A stretch of DNA of 64,000 nt from positions 46,999 to 110,998 of IMG/VR virus record IMGVR_UViG_3300020162_001876. One strand, written 5' to 3'. A program made the translations under genes and the position numbers. This stretch comes from a virus. The notes under the pieces were generated by a model that was given only the letters and a program-made list of their open reading frames with translations, did no database searches and was not told where the DNA came from. Below are positions 11,103 through 21,945 of this stretch, one piece after another. Numbering within the stretch: position 1 is the stretch's first letter; each line of letters begins with the position of its first letter.

Positions 11103-11366
11103 ATGGCAGATATTTTTGAAGGACACTTACCAAGACTAGAATCCCCATTAAGTAGATTAGAAGTAGTATCTTCTAGTTATACAAGCAGTGGGTATATTTT
11201 TGAACAAACTCCAAGAGCAATTAATTGTAGCTCAGATGGTACCTTATTAGTAACTATGGGTAGCTCTGTAACAGCATCTCTTTATGTAAATGCAGGACTA
11301 AACCCATACCGAATAGAAAAAATTCATTCAGGATCTTCAGCAGGAACTATAGTAGGATTATATTAA
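11103..11366 (+). CDS. small beta-rich virion/decoration protein (putative)
   Basis: 87 aa directly after capsid gene with ATATTTAT upstream. Confidence 0.5.
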   Translation: MADIFEGHLPRLESPLSRLEVVSSSYTSSGYIFEQTPRAINCSSDGTLLVTMGSSVTASLYVNAGLNPYRIEKIHSGSSAGTIVGLY

Positions 11367-11372
11367 GATATT

Positions 11373-11531
11373 ATGATAGGATCAAATATTTACATAACAA
11401 ATAGGTTTACAGTAGGTGATAAAATTACATCACGTATTAGTGCTTTCAAATCAAGAGTATTAGCAAATGGAGGAACTTTTGAAAGTGAGACCTGCTTAAA
11501 AAACACACTAACAACATTAAACAACCTATAA
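11373..11531 (+). CDS. 52 aa protein homologous to N-terminus of ORF 20014, not in ORF track
   Basis: SAFKSRVLANGGTFESETCL vs QAFKTRVLGDGSLFEAESCL; TAATG overlap with next gene. Confidence 0.75.
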   Translation: MIGSNIYITNRFTVGDKITSRISAFKSRVLANGGTFESETCLKNTLTTLNNL

Positions 11532-12790
11532 TGAGTTTACTAGATTCAGCTTCGTTAATTTTAACACCAAACGCTTACTCATCTTCAAAAATATATAGTA
11601 TAATTCCATCTAACGGGAATGGTGATGCAGTATTTCAAAGAAATAGTCAAGCTATAGTAACTAATTCATCAAATTTGCTAACTTTACAACCTAGCACACT
11701 ACCTAGAATACAATATCCTAACACAGGATCAGGTTGCCCTAGTTTCTTATTTGAATATGTCAAAACCCAACAAGTAACATATAGTACTACACCGTACTCT
11801 AGTTCTACCTTCTGGAATCAAGGTTCAGGGTCAACATCACAAGTATCAACTATAAATTCACCCGAAGGTATAGCCAATGCTTCTGAAATAATAGCATCAG
11901 GTTCAGGGGAGCATTACCTAAGATCACATACATTAGGGGCAGCAACTTCAGGATCTATGTATACTGTATCAGCATACGTAAAACAAAAAGAATATGAGTT
12001 TGTTCAATTAAGAACTGCAAATGCAATAACATCCGTGAGTACTTTTGACTTTACTACTAAAACTATAACTGCTGGAAATAACGCTGTAAGTGCGAGTTTT
12101 GAGGAACTTCCCAACGGTTGGTATAGAATATGGCACCGAACAACCCCAATTACATCAGGGTCATTCCGTGTTGGTATACACTTATTAAGTGGATCTTCTA
12201 CAACTACTAATTTTACAGCGCCTGAAGGTAATACTGATGGAGTGTATTTTTACGGACCTCAACTAGAGCTAGGAAATTTAACAAGTTACATACCTACTAC
12301 AAGTAGCGCAACTGCTACAAGAGTTGGCGAACCCCTAACAATATCTAATTTATATACAAATGATATAATAACCAACCAAGGAGGTACATGGTATGTAGAA
12401 TTGGATAATACTCAAACTCCCATAGTAAGAGATGCAGCTTTTGGAATAAGGTTAGATACAACATCAAGTCTGGGTAACCCAGCAACTAATTTTAGAATAT
12501 CACCTCAAACTAATGGGAAAATGAGTATAATATCAGGTTCTACTGCTGTTTCAAATAATCTAGGAACTACTGATACTCTTAAAATTGCAATGAAATGGAA
12601 TGGTACTAACTTAGTAAGTTTTTTTAACAATAATCAATCAGCATCAGTTGCATTTACCGCAACAAATATGGAATATTTACACATAGGTGGTTCTAATGGG
12701 CCTGGTGTTCCAATGTATCTAAAGAAATTATATATATTTCCAAAACCATTAACTGACGATGAATGTAGATCTTTAATACAATTACAATAA
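11531..12790 (+). CDS. head spike/fibre protein with carbohydrate-binding-like beta domains
   Basis: LLDSASLILTPN start, NGWYRI and YFYGPQLE motifs; paralog of ORF 20014. Confidence 0.65.
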   Translation: MSLLDSASLILTPNAYSSSKIYSIIPSNGNGDAVFQRNSQAIVTNSSNLLTLQPSTLPRIQYPNTGSGCPSFLFEYVKTQQVTYSTTPYSSSTFWNQGSGSTSQVSTINSPEGIANASEIIASGSGEHYLRSHTLGAATSGSMYTVSAYVKQKEYEFVQLRTANAITSVSTFDFTTKTITAGNNAVSASFEELPNGWYRIWHRTTPITSGSFRVGIHLLSGSSTTTNFTAPEGNTDGVYFYGPQLELGNLTSYIPTTSSATATRVGEPLTISNLYTNDIITNQGGTWYVELDNTQTPIVRDAAFGIRLDTTSSLGNPATNFRISPQTNGKMSIISGSTAVSNNLGTTDTLKIAMKWNGTNLVSFFNNNQSASVAFTATNMEYLHIGGSNGPGVPMYLKKLYIFPKPLTDDECRSLIQLQ

Positions 12791-12791
12791 T

Positions 12792-13082
12792 ATGCATATT
12801 TATAAATTAAAATACCAGGACAAAACAAAAGCTACACAAGATTTTGTTAAAAAAGGAATATACTTAGAAACATCTGAAGGGATACAGTGGAGTGATTTTA
12901 TATTAGCTATAGTTGATATAGGATTAATTGTAGATATAGATGGCACTTACGATTCTAATGATAATATAATTACACCACCTACTTTTATTCCTGGATATCA
13001 TTATGATATAATGAGTACATTGGAAATAGATTTTGGAGATAATGAAATTTTTCCAAACAATCCTAAACATGGATTTCTATAA
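12792..13082 (+). CDS. fibre-associated small protein, paralog of ORF 21942
   Basis: KLKY..., GYHYDIMS, NNPKH shared with ORF 21942. Confidence 0.65.
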   Translation: MHIYKLKYQDKTKATQDFVKKGIYLETSEGIQWSDFILAIVDIGLIVDIDGTYDSNDNIITPPTFIPGYHYDIMSTLEIDFGDNEIFPNNPKHGFL

Positions 13083-13087
13083 AATGC

Positions 13088-13112
13088 AAAGAGGACATAA
13101 GTCCTCTTTTTT
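13088..13112 (+). terminator. intrinsic terminator
   Basis: AAAGAGGAC-ataa-GTCCTCTTT plus T run. Confidence 0.75.
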
Positions 13113-13161
13113 ATTCAACATATTTTGTCTATATTTATAATAAACAAATAAACGTTTCACT

Positions 13162-13848
13162 ATGGCATCCAACCGTCACACTGATGAGGTTTTCACACAA
13201 AAAAGAAAACCAAAAAATCCAATTAAGTTCCAACTCCAACTTAATGAAGAACAAAAATTAGCAAAAGCACTTATTATAGAAAATCCAGTAGTCGTTTTGA
13301 AAGGAATGGCAGGATCAGGAAAAACTTTAGTAGCAGTACAAGCTGCGCTAGATATGCTGTTTAGTAGAGAAGTAGAGAAAATTATTATAACAAGACCTAC
13401 AGTAGCTAAAGAAGAATTAGGTTTTTTACCAGGGGATATTAAAGAAAAGATGGATCCGTGGTTAGCACCAATATATCACAACTTATACATGCTATACGGT
13501 AAGGATAAAGTTGATAAAGAATTAGAACAAGGTAATATTGAAATTGTACCATTTGCATTTATGAGAGGTAGAACATTTGTAAACTCTTTTGTAATAGTGG
13601 ATGAGGCGCAAAACGTTACTCAAGATCAAATGGAAACTGTTTTAGGAAGACTTGGTAAAGGATCTAAAATGGTAATATGCGGGGATTTAGCTCAAATAGA
13701 TTTAAAAGTAAAAAAAGAAACTGGATTTTCTTTCTTAACAAGAGTCGAAGAACAAGTAGCAGGATTTAAAATATTTGCTTTAAAACAAAACCACAGACAT
13801 GAAATTGTATCTCCAATATTAAAAGTATACCAAGACTTTAGAGATTAG
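13162..13848 (+). CDS. phoH: PhoH-like ATPase
   Basis: GMAGSGKT, LGFLPGDIKEKMDPW, FMRGRTF, DEAQN, GDLAQID. Confidence 0.95.
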   Translation: MASNRHTDEVFTQKRKPKNPIKFQLQLNEEQKLAKALIIENPVVVLKGMAGSGKTLVAVQAALDMLFSREVEKIIITRPTVAKEELGFLPGDIKEKMDPWLAPIYHNLYMLYGKDKVDKELEQGNIEIVPFAFMRGRTFVNSFVIVDEAQNVTQDQMETVLGRLGKGSKMVICGDLAQIDLKVKKETGFSFLTRVEEQVAGFKIFALKQNHRHEIVSPILKVYQDFRD

Positions 13849-13872
13849 AATATTTATATTAAATAATTTAAT

Positions 13873-15039
13873 ATGGCTAATTCACAAGTTTGGACAGGAA
13901 CTGCTACTTTTATTCAAGGCGCAGCTACTCCATTTGGATTTTATGATAATGACTACCAATTTCAGATAGATGCTGTAAAAGTAGCAAAATTTTGTGCTCA
14001 ACGTTTAGGATATCCTTCAATGGATATTGAAATGGATAGTGGTTCATTCTTTGCTTGTTTTGAAGAAGCTGTAACAACATATGGCAATGAACTTTATTTA
14101 TATCAAATTAGAAATAATTTTATATCTTTAGAAGCTAATCCAAATCAAACTGTTTTAAACAACATTGTAATCCAACCTTCATTAGGAAATTTAATTAGAA
14201 TAGCGTCTGATTATGGTAGTGAAGCGGGAGTAGGAGGACATACAAATTACTACTCAGGCTCATTGGATATGACAGCAGGTCAGCAAGATTATGACTTAAC
14301 CGCTTGGGCTTCATCTTCAGGAGTAATATCAGGAAATGATTCAATTGAAATAAAAAATATTTTTTATGAAAATGCACCTGCTATTGTAAGATATTTTGAC
14401 CCTTATGCGGGAACCGGATACGGTTCACAACAATTATTAGACGCTTTTGGATTTGGTAACCAATCCCCAGCTATTAACTTTATGTTAATGCCTCTTAACT
14501 ATGATCTTGCAACAATTCAAGCGATTGAATTAAATGATCAAATAAGAAGATCAGCATTTTCATTTAATATTGTAAATAATAAATTAAAAATATTTCCTAT
14601 CCCTACTCATGATAAAAAACTATATTTTGAATATATCAAAGTATCAGAAAGAGACAGTGTTATACCAACTAGTGGCCCTGGATCTGGAGATAATTTAATT
14701 ACTGATATTTCAAATGTCCCTTATGAAAACCCAACTTATTCTAATATAAACGCTCCAGGTAGATATTGGATATTTGAATATACCCTAGCATTAGCAGCTG
14801 AAACTCTAGCATTTATTAGAGGTAAATATACTCAAGTACCTATACCAGGCGCAGAAGTAACGTTAAATCAGGCAGATTTATTAGGAAAAGCTAAAGATCT
14901 ACAACTGGCGTTAATTGAAAAATTACGTTTAGATTTAGACGAAGCTTCACGTAAGATGCAATTAGAAAGAAAAAAAGCTGAAAATGATGCTATGCAATCT
15001 ACTTTACAGCAAATACCAATGAATATTTTTATAGGATAA
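13873..15039 (+). CDS. neck/head-tail adaptor protein (gp13-like)
   Basis: RLGYPSMDIE, RGKYTQVPIPGAEVTLN, C-terminal PMNIFIG; position. Confidence 0.75.
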   Translation: MANSQVWTGTATFIQGAATPFGFYDNDYQFQIDAVKVAKFCAQRLGYPSMDIEMDSGSFFACFEEAVTTYGNELYLYQIRNNFISLEANPNQTVLNNIVIQPSLGNLIRIASDYGSEAGVGGHTNYYSGSLDMTAGQQDYDLTAWASSSGVISGNDSIEIKNIFYENAPAIVRYFDPYAGTGYGSQQLLDAFGFGNQSPAINFMLMPLNYDLATIQAIELNDQIRRSAFSFNIVNNKLKIFPIPTHDKKLYFEYIKVSERDSVIPTSGPGSGDNLITDISNVPYENPTYSNINAPGRYWIFEYTLALAAETLAFIRGKYTQVPIPGAEVTLNQADLLGKAKDLQLALIEKLRLDLDEASRKMQLERKKAENDAMQSTLQQIPMNIFIG

Positions 15040-15040
15040 T

Positions 15041-15565
15041 ATGGCATATTTTGGAAGAAGTAGAGATATTAATACATTTACTAATATTAATAACGAATTA
15101 TTAGGACAAGTAATTGAACAAAAAGTTGGTTACTATCAAGTTATTTTAGATGAAACTACACCTAATATTTATGGTGAAAGTACAAATAAAAAATATAATG
15201 GTCCTGTATTATTAACTTGTTTATTAGAAAGAGGTGATACAACTCCTATAACAGATGATTTTGGAATGGATTTTGAAAGAAAATTAACTGTAAGATTTTT
15301 TAAACCTCATTTAATAATAGCCAATGTAGAACCTTCGGTAGGTGATGTAATTTTATGGAATGAAGATTACTATGAAGTAAATAATGTTAATGAAAATCAA
15401 TTAGTAGTTGGTAAAGATCCTGAATATGCTTATACAAGCCAAGATTTCGTCCCTGAAGCAGGTTCAAGTTTATCAATAATATTAGAATGTTTCTATATCC
15501 GCCCAGAAAAAGTTAATATCAGAGAAAATAGATACCCAGGTAATCCTGGTTCTTTAACAGTTTAA
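15041..15565 (+). CDS. head closure/neck protein (gp14-like)
   Basis: NIYGES and PSVGDVILW motifs; position after neck gene. Confidence 0.6.
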   Translation: MAYFGRSRDINTFTNINNELLGQVIEQKVGYYQVILDETTPNIYGESTNKKYNGPVLLTCLLERGDTTPITDDFGMDFERKLTVRFFKPHLIIANVEPSVGDVILWNEDYYEVNNVNENQLVVGKDPEYAYTSQDFVPEAGSSLSIILECFYIRPEKVNIRENRYPGNPGSLTV

Positions 15566-15574
15566 TAATTAATA

Positions 15575-16450
15575 ATGGAAATTAAACCACGTCCCATAAA
15601 TAGAAGAGAATTCTTAACATCTCTTTCAGAACCCTACCAAGAACCGGAAGTGGCAATACAACCCTATACTAATCCTAATTCTAAAGAATCCTTAAATGCC
15701 CAACCTGGACAACCTGAATTTAATAGAGCTTTAGAAACTTCATTAAAAAATGATGAAATTGCTACTATTAATATAGGATTAGAAGATCATGATAATGCTA
15801 TTTTATATTATTTAAATAATGTTATAAAACCTACAGTAATTCAAAATGAAAGACAAATAGCAGTTCCAATTATATATGGTTCACCTGAAAGATGGAAGTC
15901 AATTCAATATGATGGATTTTATCGTGATAAAAATGGAAAGACTATGGTTCCTTTAATTATGTTTAAAAGAGAATCATTTGAAAAGAATAGAACTTTAGGT
16001 AATAAGTTAGATGGTAATGTAGTTCATAATGTTCAATATTTTGAAAAACAATATTCACAACGAAATGTATATGATAATTTTGACGTTTTAAATAATCAAA
16101 AACCTCAAAAAGAATATATTTTAGGAATAATACCTGATTATATTACTTTAACTTATAAATTAAGCATTTTTACAGATTATATAGAGCAAATGAATCCTAT
16201 AATAGAAGCATTAGAATTCGCATCAGATTCATATTGGGGAGATCCACAAAAATATCAATTTAGAGCTATAATGAATTCTTTCCCTACTCCTGTATTATTA
16301 GAAAATAATACCGATAGAGCTAGCAAAAGTGAAATTACTTTAATTTTGCAGGGATATATTATACCTAATACTATAAATGTAGCTCAAGCAGGGCCTAATC
16401 CTAAATCATATAATGTTACAAAAACAATTTTTACTGAAAAAATAAAATAA
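15575..16450 (+). CDS. tail terminator/sheath stabiliser (gp15-like)
   Basis: VPIIYGSPERW, EQMNPIIE; position. Confidence 0.6.
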   Translation: MEIKPRPINRREFLTSLSEPYQEPEVAIQPYTNPNSKESLNAQPGQPEFNRALETSLKNDEIATINIGLEDHDNAILYYLNNVIKPTVIQNERQIAVPIIYGSPERWKSIQYDGFYRDKNGKTMVPLIMFKRESFEKNRTLGNKLDGNVVHNVQYFEKQYSQRNVYDNFDVLNNQKPQKEYILGIIPDYITLTYKLSIFTDYIEQMNPIIEALEFASDSYWGDPQKYQFRAIMNSFPTPVLLENNTDRASKSEITLILQGYIIPNTINVAQAGPNPKSYNVTKTIFTEKIK

Positions 16451-16451
16451 A

Positions 16452-16841
16452 ATGGCAGCAGGAACATACAATATTACATTAGAACAAGGTTCAACAGTAG
16501 ATTTTCAAATCCAATATAAGGATTCAAATAATAGTCCTATTAATCTAACAGGATATGGAGCTGCTATGCAAATTAGAAGCAATTATGCTGATAATAACCC
16601 TACAACTTACATAACTCTATCAAGTTCTTTAGCGACAGATGGAACAGGATTAAATATGGCCTCTTCAAGTACAGGATATATAGGAGTATTCATATCTGCC
16701 TGCTCATCATCAGCATTAAATTTTTCAAATGCTAGATATGATTTAGAAATATATTCAGGTAGTGTAGGTTCATGTCCTATAACTACACGTATTTTAGAAG
16801 GTCAAGTTTATTTAAGTAAAGAAACAACAAGATTTATATAA
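16452..16841 (+). CDS. virion Ig-like/fibre attachment protein
   Basis: YNITLEQGS, INLTGY..AMQIR, YDLEI, RILEG pattern. Confidence 0.6.
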   Translation: MAAGTYNITLEQGSTVDFQIQYKDSNNSPINLTGYGAAMQIRSNYADNNPTTYITLSSSLATDGTGLNMASSSTGYIGVFISACSSSALNFSNARYDLEIYSGSVGSCPITTRILEGQVYLSKETTRFI

Positions 16842-18313
16842 TGTCTCAAGTAAATATAACATTAAATACTAACACAGTTGACATTAATACAACTAATAAC
16901 CAAATAGTTGTAAATGATCCCTCTAATAATATAGTTAATGTAGTACAACCTGTCACTACAGTAGTAGAAGTAATTACTTCAGGACCACAAGGTCCACCAG
17001 GAACTAGTTCTATAGCTGATACAGGTTCATTTGTAACAACTTCATCATTTAACGCTTTTACTTCATCTTACAATACAGGAAGTTTTACAGGAAGTTTTAC
17101 AGGTTCTTTATTTGGTACATCTTCTTGGGCACAAAACTCAATATCTTCTTCATATCCATTAACAGTAATAGGAAGTAGTTTATTCTCAACTTATGCTCCA
17201 GGAGGAGGTAGCACAACTGGAAGTATTTATATTGGCAGTTCTGCCGGCGGCAATGCCGGAAGATCCAACTACTCAAACTTTATAGGTCAACAAGCTGGGC
17301 AATTAGCAACAAGTGCCAGCAACTCAAACTTCATAGGTCAAAATGCTGGTACTTTTGCTTCAAATGCTAATAATTCAAACTTTTTAGGTTGGGAAGCTGG
17401 CTATTCTGCATCATCTGCTAATAATTCAAACTTTTTAGGTAATCAAGCTGGTGATAGGGCACCAAATGCTAACAACTCAAACTTCTTAGGTAATCAAGCT
17501 GGTAAATTTGCAACGACTGCTCAATACTCAAACTTTTTTGGTGCTGGTGCTGGCTATTCTTCATCAACTGCTTATCATTCAAACTTTTTAGGAAACAATG
17601 CTGGATTTCAAGTAAGATCTGGTTACTACTCAAACTTTATGGGTCAAAATGCTGGATTTCAAGCTACAAATGCTGCATATTCAAACTTTATAGGTCATCA
17701 AGCTGGTTTTCAATCAACATATGCAAACAATTCAAACTTTTTTGGTGCTGGTGCTGGCGGGGCTGCAACAGATGCTGCATATTCAAACTTTATAGGTCAT
17801 CAAGCTGGTTATAGCGCTACAAATGCTAGCTATTCAACATTAATAGGCTATAGCGTAGGATCAAGTCTCAATTCTGTTAATACTAAAATTGGTGCAAACA
17901 ATATTATAATAGGTACTAATATTACCTTGGCAAGAGATATATCGAACGCAATTAATTTAGGAGGAATTATATTTGCAACCGGTTCATATTCAGCAATTAC
18001 AGGAAACCCATACTCAGGTTCACAATTTGGAACAGGTAGGGTAGGTATAAATGTAGTAAATCCAACATATACTTTAGAGGTAGGAGGAACAGTGGCATTT
18101 CCAAATATATCAAATGCAGCCCATCCAGATGTACTTTACCGTAGTCAAATAAATGGTGAGATAACATATGGAGCAGCACCATCAGCAGCAACCACAGCAA
18201 GCGTAAATCAAATAAACACCCCAAACACTAGTAATGTCTTTATAAGACCTCAAGAACTAGACCAAAGTAAATTTGCAACACATAATATTTATAATAATTT
18301 AAACTTTACATAA
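16841..18313 (+). CDS. fibre protein with 17-aa NSNF(L/I)G..AG beta-helical repeats
   Basis: About 12 tandem 17-aa repeats, short GPQGPPG collagen-like segment, GRVGINV motif. Confidence 0.75.
   Translation: MSQVNITLNTNTVDINTTNNQIVVNDPSNNIVNVVQPVTTVVEVITSGPQGPPGTSSIADTGSFVTTSSFNAFTSSYNTGSFTGSFTGSLFGTSSWAQNSISSSYPLTVIGSSLFSTYAPGGGSTTGSIYIGSSAGGNAGRSNYSNFIGQQAGQLATSASNSNFIGQNAGTFASNANNSNFLGWEAGYSASSANNSNFLGNQAGDRAPNANNSNFLGNQAGKFATTAQYSNFFGAGAGYSSSTAYHSNFLGNNAGFQVRSGYYSNFMGQNAGFQATNAAYSNFIGHQAGFQSTYANNSNFFGAGAGGAATDAAYSNFIGHQAGYSATNASYSTLIGYSVGSSLNSVNTKIGANNIIIGTNITLARDISNAINLGGIIFATGSYSAITGNPYSGSQFGTGRVGINVVNPTYTLEVGGTVAFPNISNAAHPDVLYRSQINGEITYGAAPSAATTASVNQINTPNTSNVFIRPQELDQSKFATHNIYNNLNFT
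17262..17850 (+). repeat. imperfect 51-bp coding tandem repeat (TCAAACTT...GCTGG)
   Basis: Recurrent tcaaacttt(t/a)taggt...gctgg units at 51-nt period. Confidence 0.8.
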
Positions 18314-18786
18314 TGGCCGGAGTAATATTAAACAAACAACCTATATTCACAGCAACACCTTTATTGATTACAAATCAAATTGATCCACAAATACCATCAA
18401 CACTCAGACAACCTGGAATAGATAACTATACTACAATTTATACAGATGCAAGTGATTATGGTTCTCTAATTACTAAAGTAACAGTTGTATCAACTGGTTT
18501 AGTTGGAGATACTGTTACAACTAAGGTAATTTATTTAGGTATAGTAGATACTACCTCTGGTGTAGCATCACTATACCAATCTAAAGTAATGACTGGTATA
18601 AGTGGTTTAACTTCAAATGATATAGTACCATATGTTACTTTTGAATTTGGTGGAGGATTAGTTATGAATAAAAATAAGGGATATCGATTAGTTATAGCCG
18701 CTAGTACTAATAATGATACTACTAGCGAAGCAGGAGACCAAATCAGTGTAATAGTAGAAGGTGGAACATACGACCAACCAGCATAA
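18313..18786 (+). CDS. putative virion structural protein
   Basis: NKQPIFTATP start and EGGTY end, in fibre cluster. Confidence 0.5.
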   Translation: MAGVILNKQPIFTATPLLITNQIDPQIPSTLRQPGIDNYTTIYTDASDYGSLITKVTVVSTGLVGDTVTTKVIYLGIVDTTSGVASLYQSKVMTGISGLTSNDIVPYVTFEFGGGLVMNKNKGYRLVIAASTNNDTTSEAGDQISVIVEGGTYDQPA

Positions 18787-18795
18787 TAAAATCAA

Positions 18796-20010
18796 ATGAA
18801 CAACGGATTTTACGAATTTTCTCGAGGTAAGCAAGAAACTGCTACAACTTCTTCGGTATTTCCATATACCGGATCAGCTATTATTACTGGTTCATTAACA
18901 ATAACAGGATCATTAGAAATAACAGGATCTTTAGATGTAAGTGGAATTATAACAGGTTCATTATTTGGAACAGCATCATTTGCTGCATCAAGCTCGCAAG
19001 CTGTTACCGCATCATATGCTTTGAATGGAGGAGTAACACAACTACTGGCAGGACCTAACATCACTCTAGCCCCTACTAACGGATTAGGGCAAGTTACAAT
19101 TAGTGCAGCAGGTAGTGGTGGTTCAAGTTTCAATACTGCAACTGGATCTTATGGATCATTCTATAGTACATCCTCACAAACAAATCCAGTAGCAAACATA
19201 CCTCGTTCAATGTCTCTTAACGAAACATATATTACAAATGGAGTATCAGTATCAGGTTCAACAAATCCTTTTAACACTTACATTAAAACAGAAAATGCAG
19301 GTGTGTATAATATACAATTTTCTGCTCAATTAGACAAAACTGATGCAGGAAAAGATGAGATATTAATATGGCTTAGAAAAAATGGAATTGATCTAACTGA
19401 TACTGCTACCACTGTAACATTGACTAATAATAATGATAAGGTTGTTGCTGCTTGGAACTGGTTTACAAATTCAGCAGCAAATGATTATTACCAAATCATG
19501 TGGTTATCTAATGATACTAATATAAGATTACTTGCTGAACCAATCTCAGAAACACATCCAGGTATCCCTTCTGTAATAGTAACAGTAAATAGAGTAGACC
19601 AATTCTTATCAAATACAGGTTCATTCTCAGGTTCATTTACAGGACAGTTTACAGGTTCATTATTTGGTACAGCTTCTTATGCATTGAATGCTTCAACAGC
19701 ATCTTTTGCTCCTTCATATTTACCAATCACTCTCCCTCAAACTACAGGATTAACAATTTCATTTACTCAAGATAGAGTGTACGGAACCTACTCATCACCT
19801 GAAACAGGAGGTAGTATAACATCTAATACAGGGTCAGCTATTTTAGGAGTTACAAACCTAATAATCCACAGCTCATCAGTAGCTCCAACTTTAGGATCTG
19901 ATTTTAAAAAATTAACAGGAAGTTCTAATTACGTAGCAGGACTAAACTACATCTATTGTACATACATTACAGATAATGAAATTATTTATTCAATAAATCA
20001 AGCAACATAG
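18796..20010 (+). CDS. fibre protein with C1q/TNF-like domain and TGS repeats
   Basis: TGS repeats; YGSFY, GVYNIQFSAQL, IWLRKNG, PSVIVTV. Confidence 0.65.
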   Translation: MNNGFYEFSRGKQETATTSSVFPYTGSAIITGSLTITGSLEITGSLDVSGIITGSLFGTASFAASSSQAVTASYALNGGVTQLLAGPNITLAPTNGLGQVTISAAGSGGSSFNTATGSYGSFYSTSSQTNPVANIPRSMSLNETYITNGVSVSGSTNPFNTYIKTENAGVYNIQFSAQLDKTDAGKDEILIWLRKNGIDLTDTATTVTLTNNNDKVVAAWNWFTNSAANDYYQIMWLSNDTNIRLLAEPISETHPGIPSVIVTVNRVDQFLSNTGSFSGSFTGQFTGSLFGTASYALNASTASFAPSYLPITLPQTTGLTISFTQDRVYGTYSSPETGGSITSNTGSAILGVTNLIIHSSSVAPTLGSDFKKLTGSSNYVAGLNYIYCTYITDNEIIYSINQAT

Positions 20011-20013
20011 GTT

Positions 20014-21945
20014 ATGGGATTAAGAAGAGTAATGCTCTTTACATTAGGAGCAAAAATAAAGAACTTAGTACAAGCTTTTAAAACTCGAGTATTAGGTGAT
20101 GGTAGTTTATTTGAAGCAGAGAGTTGTTTAGAAACCCAATTAAATGTAATAAATGACGAGGGGTTACTAGACTCCGCAAGTTTAGTTATAACACCAAATG
20201 GTTATGAGGAAAATGTATTATATAGTGTTATCCCAAATGATGGAACAACAGATTTAACTTTTACAAGAGCAACAACAGCAATAAGAGTTAATAATAATCA
20301 CTTAGTGGAGTTTGTTCCTTATAATATATTTAGTAGAAGTGAAGAGTTTGAGAACGGTTATTGGACTAAACAGGGTACATCAGTAACATCGAACAGTATG
20401 GAAGCACCTGATGGTACAATGACGGCTGATAGTATTATAGGAACATCAGGTAGAGCATATGCATATAATGGTGGAGTAGCGACAAATATTGTTTCAAGTG
20501 CTCTTACTAATAGAAATGAGGTGACGGTTTCTTTCTATTTAAAATATAAAGGATTAAATAGGATTAGAGTTATGTATGGGAATACTACTTCTATAAACAG
20601 TTATAGATATATAACAGTTAATTTAGAAAATGGGAGTCTTATAGACAATTCCGCAAATATAACCAATCCCTTTATTGAATCTGTTGAAGGGGGTTGGTAT
20701 AGAGTTGGATTTAGTAGTATTATGAATGTAGGAACTACCAATAATAGATTTGCTGTTGGTTTAGGAGATACAACAAAAACTACTGGTGATGGTGTTGACG
20801 GAGTTTATATGTGGGGTGCTCAATTAGTAGATGGGGACCAAGCTAAAGAATATTTCAGAGTAACAAACGGATTTAACGTGCCAAGACTTGATTACATATC
20901 TGGATCTGAATGTCCTACACTCCTTACTGAACCACAACTTACAAATAGTTGGACTAATAACAATGTTACAACTGGATATACTACCAATACAAATGCTATT
21001 AAAGGTGCTACTATTTCTAATGCTTTTGGAGAAGGGTTTGATGGGTTTGAGTATAATTTTATTGGTGGTGCAAGTTTTATAGCATCTTCTACTAATATTA
21101 GAGTTTTTGATACAAGAAATTTACCAGTACAAAGACTATGTTTATATGTTAAAGCACCATCATCTGATTTTTTTGGAATTCAATATTCAAATGTTGGGCA
21201 AGTTATATATAAATTTTCAACTTTAGAAGTAAGCAATAGTACTATTGGTGCAATTAAAAAGATAAATAATGACACCTATGCTCTATACATACACACTGAT
21301 ACAGCAGTAACGAGTCAGTTTTCACAAGTTAGGGTAGCATTCGTGACATCTCTAACAAATGATGATAATATTGATGGTAGTGCTATTTTAGGTTTAGCAT
21401 ATTATCAAGGAGCAGCAACAGGTACTACACTACCTCTAACTTATAACCCAATAATAACAGGCGCATCATCAGTTACAAAAAACGCTGAAACTCTCACTAA
21501 GACAGGTATTGAAAATCTCATAGGTCAAACAGAAGGTACTTTGTTAGTTAAGGGATACCAGTTCGATAGAGGTATTGTTTTAAGGATAAGGAACAGTGGA
21601 AGTACAACACTTAACAGAATTGCAATATTCTGTTCAAGTAATTCTGGTGTAGTTGAATGTGCTATAACTAAAAATGGTACACCTGTAAATTCAGGTACTT
21701 CGACATCACCAATTGTTTTTAAAAAAAATATTGCCTTTGTTTATTCAAATTTAGGTTTTAAAGTTTTTATAAATGGTGCTATAATTTTTACGCACACATA
21801 CGCAACACCAACAGATTTTACCGCAGCATTAGATACATTAGACTTAGGTTCTGTGTCTGAAAGAGCTACCGCTAGATTTGAATTAGTGGCTTTATGGAAA
21901 ACACAATTAACAGATGAACAAGCAATACAATTAACTACATTATGA
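20014..21945 (+). CDS. spike/fibre protein, paralog of 11373+11531
   Basis: LLDSASLVITPNG, FTRATTA, GWYRV, YMWGAQL, PRLDY. Confidence 0.65.
   Translation: MGLRRVMLFTLGAKIKNLVQAFKTRVLGDGSLFEAESCLETQLNVINDEGLLDSASLVITPNGYEENVLYSVIPNDGTTDLTFTRATTAIRVNNNHLVEFVPYNIFSRSEEFENGYWTKQGTSVTSNSMEAPDGTMTADSIIGTSGRAYAYNGGVATNIVSSALTNRNEVTVSFYLKYKGLNRIRVMYGNTTSINSYRYITVNLENGSLIDNSANITNPFIESVEGGWYRVGFSSIMNVGTTNNRFAVGLGDTTKTTGDGVDGVYMWGAQLVDGDQAKEYFRVTNGFNVPRLDYISGSECPTLLTEPQLTNSWTNNNVTTGYTTNTNAIKGATISNAFGEGFDGFEYNFIGGASFIASSTNIRVFDTRNLPVQRLCLYVKAPSSDFFGIQYSNVGQVIYKFSTLEVSNSTIGAIKKINNDTYALYIHTDTAVTSQFSQVRVAFVTSLTNDDNIDGSAILGLAYYQGAATGTTLPLTYNPIITGASSVTKNAETLTKTGIENLIGQTEGTLLVKGYQFDRGIVLRIRNSGSTTLNRIAIFCSSNSGVVECAITKNGTPVNSGTSTSPIVFKKNIAFVYSNLGFKVFINGAIIFTHTYATPTDFTAALDTLDLGSVSERATARFELVALWKTQLTDEQAIQLTTL

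Noticed and set aside
17262-17850. Diversity-generating retroelement or CRISPR-like repeat
   Set aside because: Repeats are in-frame coding units; no reverse transcriptase or adenine-specific TR/VR pair seen.
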